A DNA stretch of 56,771 bases from Bryobacterales bacterium (GTDB lineage: Bacteria; Acidobacteriota; Terriglobia; Bryobacterales; Bryobacteraceae): positions 1 through 56,771 of the forward strand of contig JAUYBU010000048.1 of NCBI GenBank assembly GCA_030693045.1. Direction: 5' to 3'. Of this stretch, positions 36,098 to 46,520 are shown piece after piece. The first letter of the stretch is position 1; each line of letters starts with the position of its first letter. Position numbers and translations under genes: made by a program. The notes beneath the pieces are model-generated. The model did no database searches. It had not been told where the DNA came from and saw only the letters and a list, made by a program, of their open reading frames with translations.

Positions 36098-38518
36098 TCA
36101 GCGCACGGCGTCCTCGACCTGGTCCAGCCAGTCCGGACGGCGCAGCACGTCGCGGGGGCGCGCGCCGTCGGGCGGGCCGATGATGCCTTCCCTCTGCATG
36201 ATGTCGAGGATGCGGGCGGCGCGGCCGTAGCCCAAACGCAGGCGGCGTTGCAGGGTGGAGGTGGACGCCTTGCCCATCTCGCAGACCACGCGGACGGCCT
36301 CTTCGTATAGCGGGTCGGTCTGGCCTTCGAACTCGCCCTCGCCGTCGTCCTCGGAGGGGTCGGGCGAAATCAGGAAGGTCTCGTCGTAGTCGGGCTGCGC
36401 CTGCTCCTTCCAGAAATCGACCACGCGGTTGATCTCGGCCTCGGTCACCAGCGCGCCATGCACGCGGGTGAGCCGCGACGAGCCCGGCGGCAGGAACAGC
36501 ATGTCGCCCTTGCCCAGCAGGTGTTCGGCGCCCATGACGTCGAGCACCGTGCGCGAGTCCACCCGGGTGGCCACGCGGAAGCTGATGCGCGCCGGGAAGT
36601 TGGCCTTGATCAAGCCGGTGATGACGTCGACGCTGGGCCGCTGCGTGGCCAGCACCAGGTGCATGCCGACGGCGCGCGCCATCTGCGCCAGGCGGCAGAC
36701 CGACTCCTCGACGTTGGCGCGCTCCACCATCATCAGGTCGGACAATTCGTCGATGAAAATGATCACGAACGGCAGCGGCTGAAGTTCTTCCTCCTCGATC
36801 TCGGTTTCCGGGAACAGGTTGCGCGGCTCCGCTTTCAGCCGCGCCACTTTGCGATTGAACTGCTCGATGTTGCGCACGCCTTGCGAGGCCAGCAGCTTCA
36901 ACCGCCGGTCCATCTCGAAGACCGCGTTGCGCAAGGCGTTGGAAGCCTTCTTGGAATCGGTGATGACCGGCGTGAGCAGGTGCGGAATCCCCTCGTAGAT
37001 GCCCAATTCGACGCGCTTCGGATCGATCATGATGATGCGCACTTCGTCGGGCGTGGTCTTGTAGAGGATCGACATGATCATCGAGTTGAGCATGACGCTC
37101 TTGCCCGCGCCGGTGGAGCCGGCGATCAACAGGTGCGGCATCGATTCCAGCGACGAGACGCGGATCCGCCCGGCGATGTCCTTGCCCAGCGAGAAGGTCA
37201 GCCGGCTGGGTGCATCCTGAAATTCGTCCGACTCGATCACCTGCCGCAGACAAATGATCTCGCGTTTCTTGTTCGGCACTTCCAGGCCCACGGTCGGTTT
37301 GCCCGGGATGCGCTCGATCAGAATCGATTCGGCCTGCAAGCCCAGGCACAGATCCTCGGTCAGCGTGATAATTCGGCTGTACTTGATGCCGGCTTCCGGC
37401 TTGAACTCGAAGGTGGTGACGACCGGGCCGGGATTGATCTGGGTGACCGAGCCGAGAACGTTGAACTCCTCGAACTTGGACTTGATGCGGGCGGCGATCT
37501 CCTGCAGTTCCGCGGTGTCATAGGGCGGCCGCCCCGAAGCTTCGTTGAGCAGATCGGTGGGCGGCCGCCGGAACGGTTTTCGAACTCGCGGCTTGCTGGC
37601 CGGCGCCGCCGCCACCGCGGTCGCCGGCATTTCCTGAACCGGAGCTTCTTCGGCGGCCTCGACAATCGGCGCAGACTGCTCGAGCGTCTCCGGTTCGGGG
37701 AGCCGTCCGGGTTGCTCGTCCAGAGCGTGAATCGGGATGGCCGCGGCCGCCGGTTCGGGTTCCTCCCAGGGCGGCTGATAGGCCGGGCCGTTGTAAGGCT
37801 CAGACCCAACCGAGGCGGACGCCGCGGCCGGCATCCCGGAAGGTTGCCGTTCGGCCTTGCGCCGGGCGCGCGCTTCGGCGCGGGCCGCGGCCTTGGCTTT
37901 TTCTTTCGCGGCTTTGCGGGCGCGGCGCGCGACGCCCCACGCGGTCCACCACTCTCCCACCTGGTGGATCCACTGCAACGGAGCGCCAACCCACGCCGGC
38001 AGGCTGGCCAGCGAAAACGACGAAACCAGGTACAGCGAGACGAAAAGGCAAACGGCGATCAGAATCGCCGCGCCGGCAAGATTCAGCTCTTCCACCAGGC
38101 CGCGGGCCATGAGCACGCCCACCGTGCCGCCGGCCGAGATTGCGCCGCCAAAGACGGTCCAGCCCGGGATCAGCGAGGCCGCCGTACACAGCGACGCAAG
38201 CAGAATGACCGAGCCCAGAACCTTCACCGGACTCGATTCAATGGTCTGGCAGCGGACCCACCGCCATGCCACCAGCAGGAACAGTACGGGCAACAGAAAG
38301 GCGGCCAGACCGAGCGTCTGGAGCGCGAAGTCGGCCCAGACGGCGCCCGGACGGCCGATCAGGTTGACCGCGCGCGGCGAACCCGTAGCCGTGTTCCAAG
38401 AAGGATCTTCAGGGTGATACGAGACCAGGCTCAGCGTCATCGCCAGCGCCAGTGCCAGGAAGACGACACCTGCAACTTCATTGAGCCGACCGTGCGAAGT
38501 CGGTCCTAAAAGCTTCAT
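36098..38518 (-). CDS. ftsK: DNA translocase FtsK
   Basis: N-terminal TMs; GPVVTTFE, PHLLIAGSTGAGKS, IDELSDLM, ATQRPSVDVITG and gamma domain LQRRLRLGYGRAARI. Confidence 0.97.
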   Translation of the reverse strand: MKLLGPTSHGRLNEVAGVVFLALALAMTLSLVSYHPEDPSWNTATGSPRAVNLIGRPGAVWADFALQTLGLAAFLLPVLFLLVAWRWVRCQTIESSPVKVLGSVILLASLCTAASLIPGWTVFGGAISAGGTVGVLMARGLVEELNLAGAAILIAVCLFVSLYLVSSFSLASLPAWVGAPLQWIHQVGEWWTAWGVARRARKAAKEKAKAAARAEARARRKAERQPSGMPAAASASVGSEPYNGPAYQPPWEEPEPAAAAIPIHALDEQPGRLPEPETLEQSAPIVEAAEEAPVQEMPATAVAAAPASKPRVRKPFRRPPTDLLNEASGRPPYDTAELQEIAARIKSKFEEFNVLGSVTQINPGPVVTTFEFKPEAGIKYSRIITLTEDLCLGLQAESILIERIPGKPTVGLEVPNKKREIICLRQVIESDEFQDAPSRLTFSLGKDIAGRIRVSSLESMPHLLIAGSTGAGKSVMLNSMIMSILYKTTPDEVRIIMIDPKRVELGIYEGIPHLLTPVITDSKKASNALRNAVFEMDRRLKLLASQGVRNIEQFNRKVARLKAEPRNLFPETEIEEEELQPLPFVIIFIDELSDLMMVERANVEESVCRLAQMARAVGMHLVLATQRPSVDVITGLIKANFPARISFRVATRVDSRTVLDVMGAEHLLGKGDMLFLPPGSSRLTRVHGALVTEAEINRVVDFWKEQAQPDYDETFLISPDPSEDDGEGEFEGQTDPLYEEAVRVVCEMGKASTSTLQRRLRLGYGRAARILDIMQREGIIGPPDGARPRDVLRRPDWLDQVEDAVR

Positions 38519-38524
38519 TGCCGC

Positions 38525-39343
38525 TCAGGGGCGGACGAAGATAGCCAGGGCAATTACTATTATGCCAAAAAAAATCCGATAGTAAATGAAGAAGTTGAGG
38601 TTGTGCCGGCGGAGGAAGTTGAGCAGGAACCCAATCACCAGGCAGCCGGTCACCGCGCTGACGGTCATGCCGATGGCAAACGGCGCCACTTCGATCCGGC
38701 CGCCGTGCTTGTGGACATCCCAGAACGCCTTGAACGCCGCGGCGGCGATGGCGGGCGTCGAGAGCAGGAACGAGAATCGCGCGGCGGCTTCGCGGTTCAG
38801 GTTCCGGAACAGCCCGGCGGTGATGGTGATCCCGCTGCGCGAGGTGCCGGGCACGATGGCCAGCGCCTGCGAAACGCCGATGATCATTGCATCCAGAAAG
38901 GAAACCGAGCCCACGTCTTTGCCGCCGCGTCCGACTTTCTCGGCCACCCACATGAGGATGCCAACCCCGATCAGCATCGAGCCGATCAGGACGTGATTCA
39001 CCCGCAGCGTTTCTTCGGCCAGATCTTTGAAGGCGTAGCCCAGCACGCCGATGGGCAGCGAGGCGGCGGCCAGCATCCACAACATTCGGGGGCTCTTCTT
39101 GAGTTCGGCGTTGCCGCCCCAGTCCCGGCCGAAAGCCTGCGCGGTCAACTGCACCCAGTCGCGGAAGAAGTACGCCAGCACCGCGGCGAGCGTGCCGAAG
39201 TGCAGTGCGATGTCGAAGGTCAGACCCTGATCTTTCCAGCCGAAAAGCCACGGGGCCAGCGCCAGATGGGCGGAACTGCTGATGGGGAGAAACTCGGTCA
39301 GGCCCTGCACTATGGCCAGGATCACGATCTGCAGTAGAGGCAT
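38525..39343 (-). CDS. uppP: Undecaprenyl-diphosphate phosphatase (BacA)
   Basis: QGLTEFLPISSSAHL, PGTSRSG.T, AARFSFLL and YYRI motifs. Confidence 0.95.
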   Translation of the reverse strand: MPLLQIVILAIVQGLTEFLPISSSAHLALAPWLFGWKDQGLTFDIALHFGTLAAVLAYFFRDWVQLTAQAFGRDWGGNAELKKSPRMLWMLAAASLPIGVLGYAFKDLAEETLRVNHVLIGSMLIGVGILMWVAEKVGRGGKDVGSVSFLDAMIIGVSQALAIVPGTSRSGITITAGLFRNLNREAAARFSFLLSTPAIAAAAFKAFWDVHKHGGRIEVAPFAIGMTVSAVTGCLVIGFLLNFLRRHNLNFFIYYRIFFGIIVIALAIFVRP

Positions 39344-39401
39344 GGTTGGGCTTAAGCCATGGTAGCGCAGGATGACGCGGGAGGCTGAGAAACGGCGCCC
39401 C

Positions 39402-41333
39402 TCAGTAGCTCGCCGCGCCTTTCAGGTCCACCACGGCTTCGGTTATCTGGCCCAGGTACTTGCCGTCGGCGACCACGTCGGCGGCGATGGCGAAGCGCGT
39501 GGCGTGCGGCGTCCAACTCTTGGGAATCGCGATGCTGACGCCCTGCTCGCCGGCCGAATTGGCTGGCACCTCAAACTTCACGACGCCGGGCTCGATCTTC
39601 CATTCCGGCGGCGTCACCAGCGCCACCTCGATTTTCATCGGCGACGGTTTGTAGTTCTGCGCGTGAACTCGCAGTCGGAGCGTTTCACCGGGCGCCGCCA
39701 GAACCTGGTACGGATACAGGCGGACCCAGCTCGGGTCGAGGCCGAAGTTGGTCATCCCATCGGGCAACAGGTCGGAGAAGAACTGCTGCTGCCGGCGAAG
39801 GTTCTTCTCGGTGGCCAGCATCATTTCCTTGGTCACCGCGTACGGCCGGCCGTGTCCGGGCGCGATCAGCGCGGGCTCGCGCTCGATCAGGTTGCGGATC
39901 GACTTCACGTGGCTGTCGCTTTCGACGTGGTTGCGGAAGATAAGGTTGTGCCGCATGACGCCGTCCTTGCGCCCGCTGTCGAAAAACGCGTCTCCGGTGA
40001 AGGCCACCCGGTTGCCGTCGATGACGCCGAACATGGCCATCTGATATTCGGTGTGGCCGGGCGAGTGCGTGACCTCGAACTCGAACTCCTCCCAGCGGAA
40101 CTTCTCGCCGTGCCGGAACGTGCGCGACACCTTGAACGGCTCGCTGAGAATGCACCCCAGGTTGTAGCCGCGAGGGTTCTTGAAGACGTCCACCATGTTC
40201 TCGTAGCACCAGACCTTGGCTCCATGCCGGCGGATCAGGTGTGGGAAACCGTTGACGTGATCGTCGTGCATGTGGCTGGGCATCACCACGTCGATGGACT
40301 TCAATCCGAAGCCGCGCTTCAACTCGTCGATGGAATGTTCGACGAAGCGGATGCGGTCGGTCACCGCGGTGGCGCGCTCGAAGTTGCCGAAGTGTACGCC
40401 GGAAGCCGAACCGTAGTCGATGAACAGCGCCTTGCCGCTGTCGCTGATAATCGCATAGAACGAGGAGGTCGTCTGGTAGTGCGCCACCAGGTGCGGCGAG
40501 ACCGCGAAGGGCTTGTTCTGGGCGCTGGGCGGGTTGTTGTTCTGGAAGCGGTAGTAGTCGGTGAGCCGGCTGGAGGTGGCCTGGATGGCCGGTGCCGGGT
40601 CCGTCATCGGCTCGCCGTGCGAGGGGCAAAGCAGAGCCGGTTTTTGCTCCGCCAAGCGGTCGAGCGAATAGATGCCCAGGTCCACGCCTTCGGCGCCCCC
40701 GTAGTTCACCTGCGTGTCGAACAGCGTCTGGATCTTGCCGGGCGCGTAGATCAGGTCGCCGGTGAACGCCGTCAATCGGCCGTCAACCGTCGCCAGCAGG
40801 CTGATGGAGCCGAGCGTGTGCCCGGGCGTCGGCAGGATGAAGAAGTCGGTATTGCGCCAGCGGAAGGTCGAGTAATCGGCCAGCGCCCTGGCAACTCGCA
40901 CGTTGCGCGTCAGCGTGTAGAAGTCGTTACGAACATAGTAGAGGTGAAACGCGCGGCGATTGCGCCAGTAGTTTTCGGCGTCGCTGAACAGGTGTTTCTC
41001 GTGCGCCGGGACGGCGATGGGAATGCCTCTTGCGTTTGCCTTGTGATCTCCCTGGCACTGGTCGCGGTGGTGATGCGTGTGCAGGATGAAATCGATTTTG
41101 GAGATCCCGAGCGCGGGAAGGTGATCCAGGATCCTGCCGCTTCCGAAATCGATCAGGACGCAATTTACGCCGTCCTTAATCACATATACATTGCAGGTGT
41201 CCTCGAACATCCAGAGGTTGCCGGTGATCTGGCGCGGCTTCACGGCGGGTGCGAACCCGGTGGAAGGAGCGGTGGGGGCGGCTCCAGCAACCGCCGCCGA
41301 TTCGAGAAAATCTCGACGGGTGGTCTGGCTCAT
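39402..41333 (-). CDS. Tandem MBL-fold metallo-hydrolase, Tat signal
   Basis: TRRDFL leader; THHHRDQ...TPGHT...GD...PSHG and SHMHDDH...SPGHT...GD...PGHG. Confidence 0.85.
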   Translation of the reverse strand: MSQTTRRDFLESAAVAGAAPTAPSTGFAPAVKPRQITGNLWMFEDTCNVYVIKDGVNCVLIDFGSGRILDHLPALGISKIDFILHTHHHRDQCQGDHKANARGIPIAVPAHEKHLFSDAENYWRNRRAFHLYYVRNDFYTLTRNVRVARALADYSTFRWRNTDFFILPTPGHTLGSISLLATVDGRLTAFTGDLIYAPGKIQTLFDTQVNYGGAEGVDLGIYSLDRLAEQKPALLCPSHGEPMTDPAPAIQATSSRLTDYYRFQNNNPPSAQNKPFAVSPHLVAHYQTTSSFYAIISDSGKALFIDYGSASGVHFGNFERATAVTDRIRFVEHSIDELKRGFGLKSIDVVMPSHMHDDHVNGFPHLIRRHGAKVWCYENMVDVFKNPRGYNLGCILSEPFKVSRTFRHGEKFRWEEFEFEVTHSPGHTEYQMAMFGVIDGNRVAFTGDAFFDSGRKDGVMRHNLIFRNHVESDSHVKSIRNLIEREPALIAPGHGRPYAVTKEMMLATEKNLRRQQQFFSDLLPDGMTNFGLDPSWVRLYPYQVLAAPGETLRLRVHAQNYKPSPMKIEVALVTPPEWKIEPGVVKFEVPANSAGEQGVSIAIPKSWTPHATRFAIAADVVADGKYLGQITEAVVDLKGAASY

Positions 41334-41383
41334 AGCGCCATCTATTGTATTCCCTCTGTTAGCATCAACGTTGGAGCCTGATC

Positions 41384-42625
41384 ATGACCTCCCGCGAACG
41401 CGTTCTCGCCGCCATCGCTCACAAGGAGCCGGATCGCTTGCCGATCGACCAGGGATCGATGCGCTCGACCGGCATCATGGCCATCGCCTACAACCGGCTC
41501 AGCGAGCACCTTCGGATCGGCGGGCCGCCGGCCCGGCTGTATGACCTGGTGCAGCAGTTGGCGCAGCCCGACGACTGGTACCTGGAGCGGTTCCATGTCG
41601 ACGCGGTAGACCTCGGCCGCGCTTTCGAGCCGCGCGAAAGCTGGCAGCCGTGGACCTTGCCCGATGGCAGCCAGGCGCTGGCTCCGGGCTGGTTCCGGGC
41701 CGAACGCGAAAATGGCGCGACGATCTGCCGCGACGCCGCCGGGATCGTCATCGGACGCATGCCTGACGGCGCATTGTACATCGACCAGGCCGTCTGGCCG
41801 CTCTCCGGGCCCGGCGGCCTGGACGCCTGCGAGCCGCTGCCGGAGAAGATGGCGCAAGTCATCTGGGCGGCGTTGCCGACTGCGCCGTTCGACTGGCCGC
41901 TCACCAGCGAGCGCCTCGACGAAGTCGCACTGGCCGCGCGCCGCTTTCACGATTCCACCGACCGCGCCGTCTCGGTGGCCGTCGGATGCAACCTGCTCGA
42001 GTGGAGCCAATTCCTGTTCGGGATGGAAAACACGTTCGCTTACATGGCGGGCGAGAAACGCAAATTCGCCAGTTTCCTGGACCGGCTGACGGAACTCCAC
42101 CTGGAGAACCTGCGGCGCCTGCTGCCCTGCCTGCGCGGGGCGATCGACATCCTGGTGGTGGGCGACGATCTGGGCATGCAGAGCGGGCCGCAGATGTCGC
42201 GCGCCATGTATCGCGAGCTGTTTTTCCCGCGCCACCGGCGCATTTACGAGTATGCAAAACGCGAAAGCGGCGCCCATCTGTTCATGCACAACTGCGGCGG
42301 CATCTACGAGCTGATCCCGGACCTGATCGAAGCCGGCGTCGAAATCTTCAACCCCGTGCAAACATCCGCCCGGCGCATGGAGCCCGAGCGGCTCAAGCGG
42401 GAATTCGGGCGCGACTGCACTTTCTGGGGCGGCGGTTGCGACACCCAGCAGATCCTGCCAAAGGGAACGCCGGGGCAGGTTCGCGACGACGTGCGGCGGC
42501 GCATCGACACATTCGCGCCGGGCGGCGGTTTCGTGTGGGCTCCGGTGCACAACATCCTGGCCGACGTGCCGCCGGAAAACATCGTCGCGATGCTGGATGC
42601 CGCTTACGAATTTGGCTCAGGCTGA
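41384..42625 (+). CDS. Uroporphyrinogen decarboxylase-like / MtaA-CmuA family methyltransferase
   Basis: MTSRERV..AI.H.EPDR.P, GDDLG.Q, MHNCG, NPVQ, WGGGCD and HNI..DVPPENI motifs. Confidence 0.85.
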   Translation: MTSRERVLAAIAHKEPDRLPIDQGSMRSTGIMAIAYNRLSEHLRIGGPPARLYDLVQQLAQPDDWYLERFHVDAVDLGRAFEPRESWQPWTLPDGSQALAPGWFRAERENGATICRDAAGIVIGRMPDGALYIDQAVWPLSGPGGLDACEPLPEKMAQVIWAALPTAPFDWPLTSERLDEVALAARRFHDSTDRAVSVAVGCNLLEWSQFLFGMENTFAYMAGEKRKFASFLDRLTELHLENLRRLLPCLRGAIDILVVGDDLGMQSGPQMSRAMYRELFFPRHRRIYEYAKRESGAHLFMHNCGGIYELIPDLIEAGVEIFNPVQTSARRMEPERLKREFGRDCTFWGGGCDTQQILPKGTPGQVRDDVRRRIDTFAPGGGFVWAPVHNILADVPPENIVAMLDAAYEFGSG

Positions 42626-42626
42626 C

Positions 42627-42648
42627 GTGTGCCACAGGTGTGGCACAC
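42627..42648. terminator. Hairpin between convergent genes
   Basis: GTGTGCCAC-AGGT-GTGGCACAC. Confidence 0.45.
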
Positions 42649-42655
42649 GCTTCCG

Positions 42656-43828
42656 TTAGTCGCCGCAGCAAGTCGGCGCGCTGACCAGCGGACGGGAGGC
42701 GCGAAGCGAGTAGTTGTGCCGCGCCAGTTCGGCATAGACCTTGCCGGCAATACCCGAGGCAATGGGGCCGCTGACGCCCCGGGCACCGGTCAGCATCACC
42801 ACCACCACCAGTTTCCGGTTGCCGATTTCGTTGAAGGAACCGAACCAGCCCATGTGCGCGCCCCTGGCGTAGTCGGTGCAAGTGCCGGTCTTGCCGTAAA
42901 TCGGCTCGCTGGCCCGATAGGCGGCGCGGCGCGCGGTGCCTCGCTCGACGGCGGCGCGCATTCCCTGCTTCAACTCGCCGAGCCAGTCGGCGATGCCGAG
43001 ATCCCGCTTGACCCGTGGCGTGAGGCCGGCAAGCTCCTGCGGCGTGCGCGGGTATTGCAGGTAGTACAGCGTCCCGCCGTTGGCCACGGCGCCGACCAGC
43101 GCGGCCAATTGCAGCGGCGTGAGCGAGATGCCGGAACCGAAGCTGGTCATCATCCCGACTCCGCCGTCGCGCGGCGGCGCCGACGGCAGAACGCCGGGCT
43201 GCTCACCGGCGATGTTCCAGCCTGCGTTCTCGCCCAGGCCGAGCAAGCGGGCGTGGCGCGTCACGCGGTCGAAACCGAGCTTCTTGCCAAGCGCGGCGAA
43301 GTAGCCGTTGGTCGAGTGCGCTATGGCATAGACCAGGCTGGATAGCGCCTTGGTTGTGAGCCGGAACGGGCCGCTGGTCGGGATCGCTTCTTCCTGCAAT
43401 GCGGCCAGCGTGGTCACCAGTTTGACGGTCGAGCACGGCTGGTAGCCGCTCGAAAGCGCCAGTTTCTGGTTGACGATGCTGAGAACCCGGCCGTTGTCCG
43501 GGTCGGTGACGACGACGGTCCCGTTGTAGGCCCCCAGGCCGGCGACGGCGGCGCGGCGGACGTCCAGGTCTTCGCCGTCCACGTTGTCTTCGGCCGTGGA
43601 GTCGGCAAACGTGGGTTCCTTCCAAGGCCCGCGGTAGGTCGCCGGCTGAGCCGGTTTGCGCTTTGCCGGCGTGCGCTTCTTCGCCTTCCGGGGCGGCGTT
43701 TTCGGTCTGGACGAATGCGCCACCACCGGCGGGCGGCTCGGCGGCCGGCTCGCTGGCTTCGCGGGGGCGGCCGCCCGGGCGGCGATACAAAAACTCAACA
43801 GAATGAATAAAACAAGGGATCTTCGCAT
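42656..43828 (-). CDS. Penicillin-binding transpeptidase domain protein (stand-alone)
   Basis: Signal peptide and Pro/Lys/Arg-rich linker; SxxK (STVK), SxN (STN) and KTG (KTGT) motifs. Confidence 0.85.
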   Translation of the reverse strand: MRRSLVLFILLSFCIAARAAAPAKPASRPPSRPPVVAHSSRPKTPPRKAKKRTPAKRKPAQPATYRGPWKEPTFADSTAEDNVDGEDLDVRRAAVAGLGAYNGTVVVTDPDNGRVLSIVNQKLALSSGYQPCSTVKLVTTLAALQEEAIPTSGPFRLTTKALSSLVYAIAHSTNGYFAALGKKLGFDRVTRHARLLGLGENAGWNIAGEQPGVLPSAPPRDGGVGMMTSFGSGISLTPLQLAALVGAVANGGTLYYLQYPRTPQELAGLTPRVKRDLGIADWLGELKQGMRAAVERGTARRAAYRASEPIYGKTGTCTDYARGAHMGWFGSFNEIGNRKLVVVVMLTGARGVSGPIASGIAGKVYAELARHNYSLRASRPLVSAPTCCGD

Positions 43829-43991
43829 TGTTTCGGGCAAAGACAAAACCTCACTCGGCCAATTCCGGAGGGATTCAAACCGGGGTCAGCTTGCGAGTTT
43901 CAGGATAGCCGGGCCTTATCATTATGGACGAGTCACACCGCCGAGTCAATCATTTTCTGACGTTTTTGTTGTATCGCCGCCGCCCCCGGTC

Positions 43992-44846
43992 TTAGGGCAG
44001 CTTAATTTCAACGCTGGAGCGGACCTTGTCCATCCACGCGCGCCAGCGCTGGTCCTTGAGTTCGGTGTAGAGATCGCTTTTGACCTGCTCGTAGGTTTGG
44101 GTGTCGCTTTCATCCACCCGGAAGATGTAGAAGCCGTTGGGGAGGCGGAGGGGTCCCACTATGGCGCCGGCTTTGGCCCCGAGCACGGCTTTCTTGATCT
44201 CCTCCGGATAGTTGTCGACGCCGCGAATGGTTCCGAAGTCGCCGTCCTTGGCAACCGATTCGGCGTGCTCGGAGTGCTGTTTGACGAGTGCGACAAAGTC
44301 GGCGCCCGCCCGGAGTTCCCGGACCAGTTTCTCCGCCTTGGCCAGCGCCTCCGCCTCAGACATGATCTTGGCGCCTTTCGGGTCGACCGGTTTGGGCGGG
44401 TTCGCCATGAACGGCAAATAGATCACCTTGACCTTTGCCGAAGCGAATCGGCTCCGGTTGTCGTCGTAGTACTTGCGCTGTTCATCCGGCATAACGTCGA
44501 GCTGGGAGTACCCGGCGGTCAACTGGCCTTCGGCGAGGATCTGCATACGGATGAGGCGAAGGCGTTCGCGCTGCGGACTTTGCTGGTCGAGTTTGGCGGC
44601 CTCGGCCAGCCCGGCCAGCCGCTGGATGAAGCCGTAGTAGCGGAGCAACTCCATCGGATTCTTCTTCAGCGTTTCCTGCAACGCCGGCGCGGAACTCGTC
44701 ACCACATGTTGCAGTTCCGCCGCCGTCACTTTCACGCCGTCGACGATGCCGATCACCGTCTCCGGAGGAACCTTCATGGGGTCGGCCGGCGTCTGGGCCC
44801 ACAGGCAGCCGCCCAGCAAAATCGGCAAGCACAGAATCTTTCGCAT
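43992..44846 (-). CDS. PpiC/parvulin-type peptidyl-prolyl isomerase, exported
   Basis: Signal peptide; GADF..LVKQHSE, DGDFG and GFYIF motifs. Confidence 0.8.
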   Translation of the reverse strand: MRKILCLPILLGGCLWAQTPADPMKVPPETVIGIVDGVKVTAAELQHVVTSSAPALQETLKKNPMELLRYYGFIQRLAGLAEAAKLDQQSPQRERLRLIRMQILAEGQLTAGYSQLDVMPDEQRKYYDDNRSRFASAKVKVIYLPFMANPPKPVDPKGAKIMSEAEALAKAEKLVRELRAGADFVALVKQHSEHAESVAKDGDFGTIRGVDNYPEEIKKAVLGAKAGAIVGPLRLPNGFYIFRVDESDTQTYEQVKSDLYTELKDQRWRAWMDKVRSSVEIKLP

Positions 44847-45009
44847 CTACCTCTATGATTTCCCGAAACGGGGCTCCCAGTCAAAGAGGCGGGCCAGCCG
44901 CCAGCGGTTTCGAAAAGTCGGGGACGGACACTGGCGGGCGGCGCTCAGCGGGCCGGCGGCGGGCGGGCCGCCAACCCCGGCCGCGCACTGGGATATCCTG
45001 GTGGAGGCG

Positions 45010-45435
45010 ATGTCGATCAAACAGGCCAGTTACCTTCTTCACCTGCAAACCCGCGGCAAGGGGCTCTACGAGTTCACCGGCCAGGTGGCGGCGTGGCTTC
45101 GAGAACGGGGCGCGGACAACGGGCTGCTGACGATTTTTTGCCAGCACACGTCGGCCTCCCTGGTCATTCAAGAGAACGCCGACCCGGATGTGATGACCGA
45201 TCTGGACGACTTTTTCAGCCGCATCGCGCCGGAAGACAGTCGTCTGTACAAGCACACCATCGAGGGTCCCGACGATATGCCGGCCCACATCCGCGCCGCG
45301 CTCACGCAGACGCAAGTGTCGATCCCGGTGGTCGAGGGCCGCATGGCGCTCGGCGCCTGGCAGGGCATCTTTCTGTTCGAGCACCGCGCGGGCAGCCACC
45401 GCCGCAGCGTCCTGTTGCACCTGATGGGCCAATAG
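45010..45435 (+). CDS. yjbQ: YjbQ/UPF0047 secondary thiamine-phosphate synthase family
   Basis: HTSASLVIQENADPDV, EGPDDMPAHIR and LGAWQGIFLFEHR motifs. Confidence 0.93.
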   Translation: MSIKQASYLLHLQTRGKGLYEFTGQVAAWLRERGADNGLLTIFCQHTSASLVIQENADPDVMTDLDDFFSRIAPEDSRLYKHTIEGPDDMPAHIRAALTQTQVSIPVVEGRMALGAWQGIFLFEHRAGSHRRSVLLHLMGQ

Positions 45436-45495
45436 GGCGCTCGCATCTGGGTTATCATGTCCTCATCAGGACGTTTCACGTCACAAGGAGCGGCG

Positions 45496-46473
45496 ATGAG
45501 CATTTCACGACGAGAGTTTCTGGAGACCGCGGCGGTGGGCGCGGTGGCGGCGAACGCGGTCGCGGAAGTCGACGCAAAGACCGGGATGCCGATGCGCGTT
45601 CTGGGGCGCACCGGCTTCAAGGTGTCGCTTCTCGGGTTCGGCGGGGGCAGCCGGTTCCTCATGTACAAGGAGGAGGACAAGGCCGCCCAAGCGCTGCACA
45701 AGGCGCTCGACCTGGGCATCAATTATGTCGACTCAGCGGCGACTTACGGCGATGGGAAGAGCGAGGAATTCATCGGCAAGTTTCTGGGCCAGCGGCGCAA
45801 GGACGTCTGGCTGGTCACCAAGGTCGGCCCGCGCAAGGGGGACGAGGCCATGCGCCAGATCGAGCGCAGCCTCAAGCTGCTGCGCACCGACCATGTGAAT
45901 CTGCTGCACATCCACAGCCTGCTGGACGAGAAGGACCTGGGCGAGATCCAAGCCAAGGACGGCGTGCTGAACGTGCTTTACAAACTGCGCGACCAGAAGG
46001 TCGCGCGGAATATCGGCATCACCTGCCACGGCGACCCGGCGGTTCTCAAGTTGGCGCTCGAGCGGCACGACTTCGACTCCACGCAGATGGCGCTCAACGC
46101 GGCCAGACAGGGCCAGGGGCGCGGCGGCGGAGCGCCGAAGCCGGGCGAGCCGCTGCCGGAAGGCAGTTTTGAAACCGTCGCGCTGCCGGTGGCTTTGAAG
46201 AAGAAAATGGGCATCACCGCCATGAAGGTATTTGCCCAGGAGCGGATCGTCGGCAAGGCGCCGGTGGAGAAACTGCTGAGCTATGTGTGGTCGCTCCCGG
46301 TGGCGGCGGCGATGGCCGGCATGCCGAAGCTGGAGCACATCGAGGAGAACATCCGCCTCGCCAAAGCGTTCAAACCGATGCCGCCCGCCGAAATGCGCTT
46401 CCTTTCCGCGAACCTCTCCGAGCGGTACAAATTGGCCATCGACCGGTACTTCCTGGACCACGTCGACGCATAG
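45496..46473 (+). CDS. Aldo/keto reductase, Tat signal
   Basis: SRREFL leader; GINYVDSAATYG, SLKLLRTDHV and AMKVF motifs. Confidence 0.88.
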   Translation: MSISRREFLETAAVGAVAANAVAEVDAKTGMPMRVLGRTGFKVSLLGFGGGSRFLMYKEEDKAAQALHKALDLGINYVDSAATYGDGKSEEFIGKFLGQRRKDVWLVTKVGPRKGDEAMRQIERSLKLLRTDHVNLLHIHSLLDEKDLGEIQAKDGVLNVLYKLRDQKVARNIGITCHGDPAVLKLALERHDFDSTQMALNAARQGQGRGGGAPKPGEPLPEGSFETVALPVALKKKMGITAMKVFAQERIVGKAPVEKLLSYVWSLPVAAAMAGMPKLEHIEENIRLAKAFKPMPPAEMRFLSANLSERYKLAIDRYFLDHVDA

Positions 46474-46520
46474 GGCGGGGCAGGCGGTTCCGCCTGTCTG
46501 GCACGCCAAACGGCCCGCCC
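46474..46520 (+). terminator. GC hairpin/REP-like palindrome after the AKR gene
   Basis: CAGGCGG-TT-CCGCCTG nested inside GGGCGGG...CCCGCCC. Confidence 0.4.
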
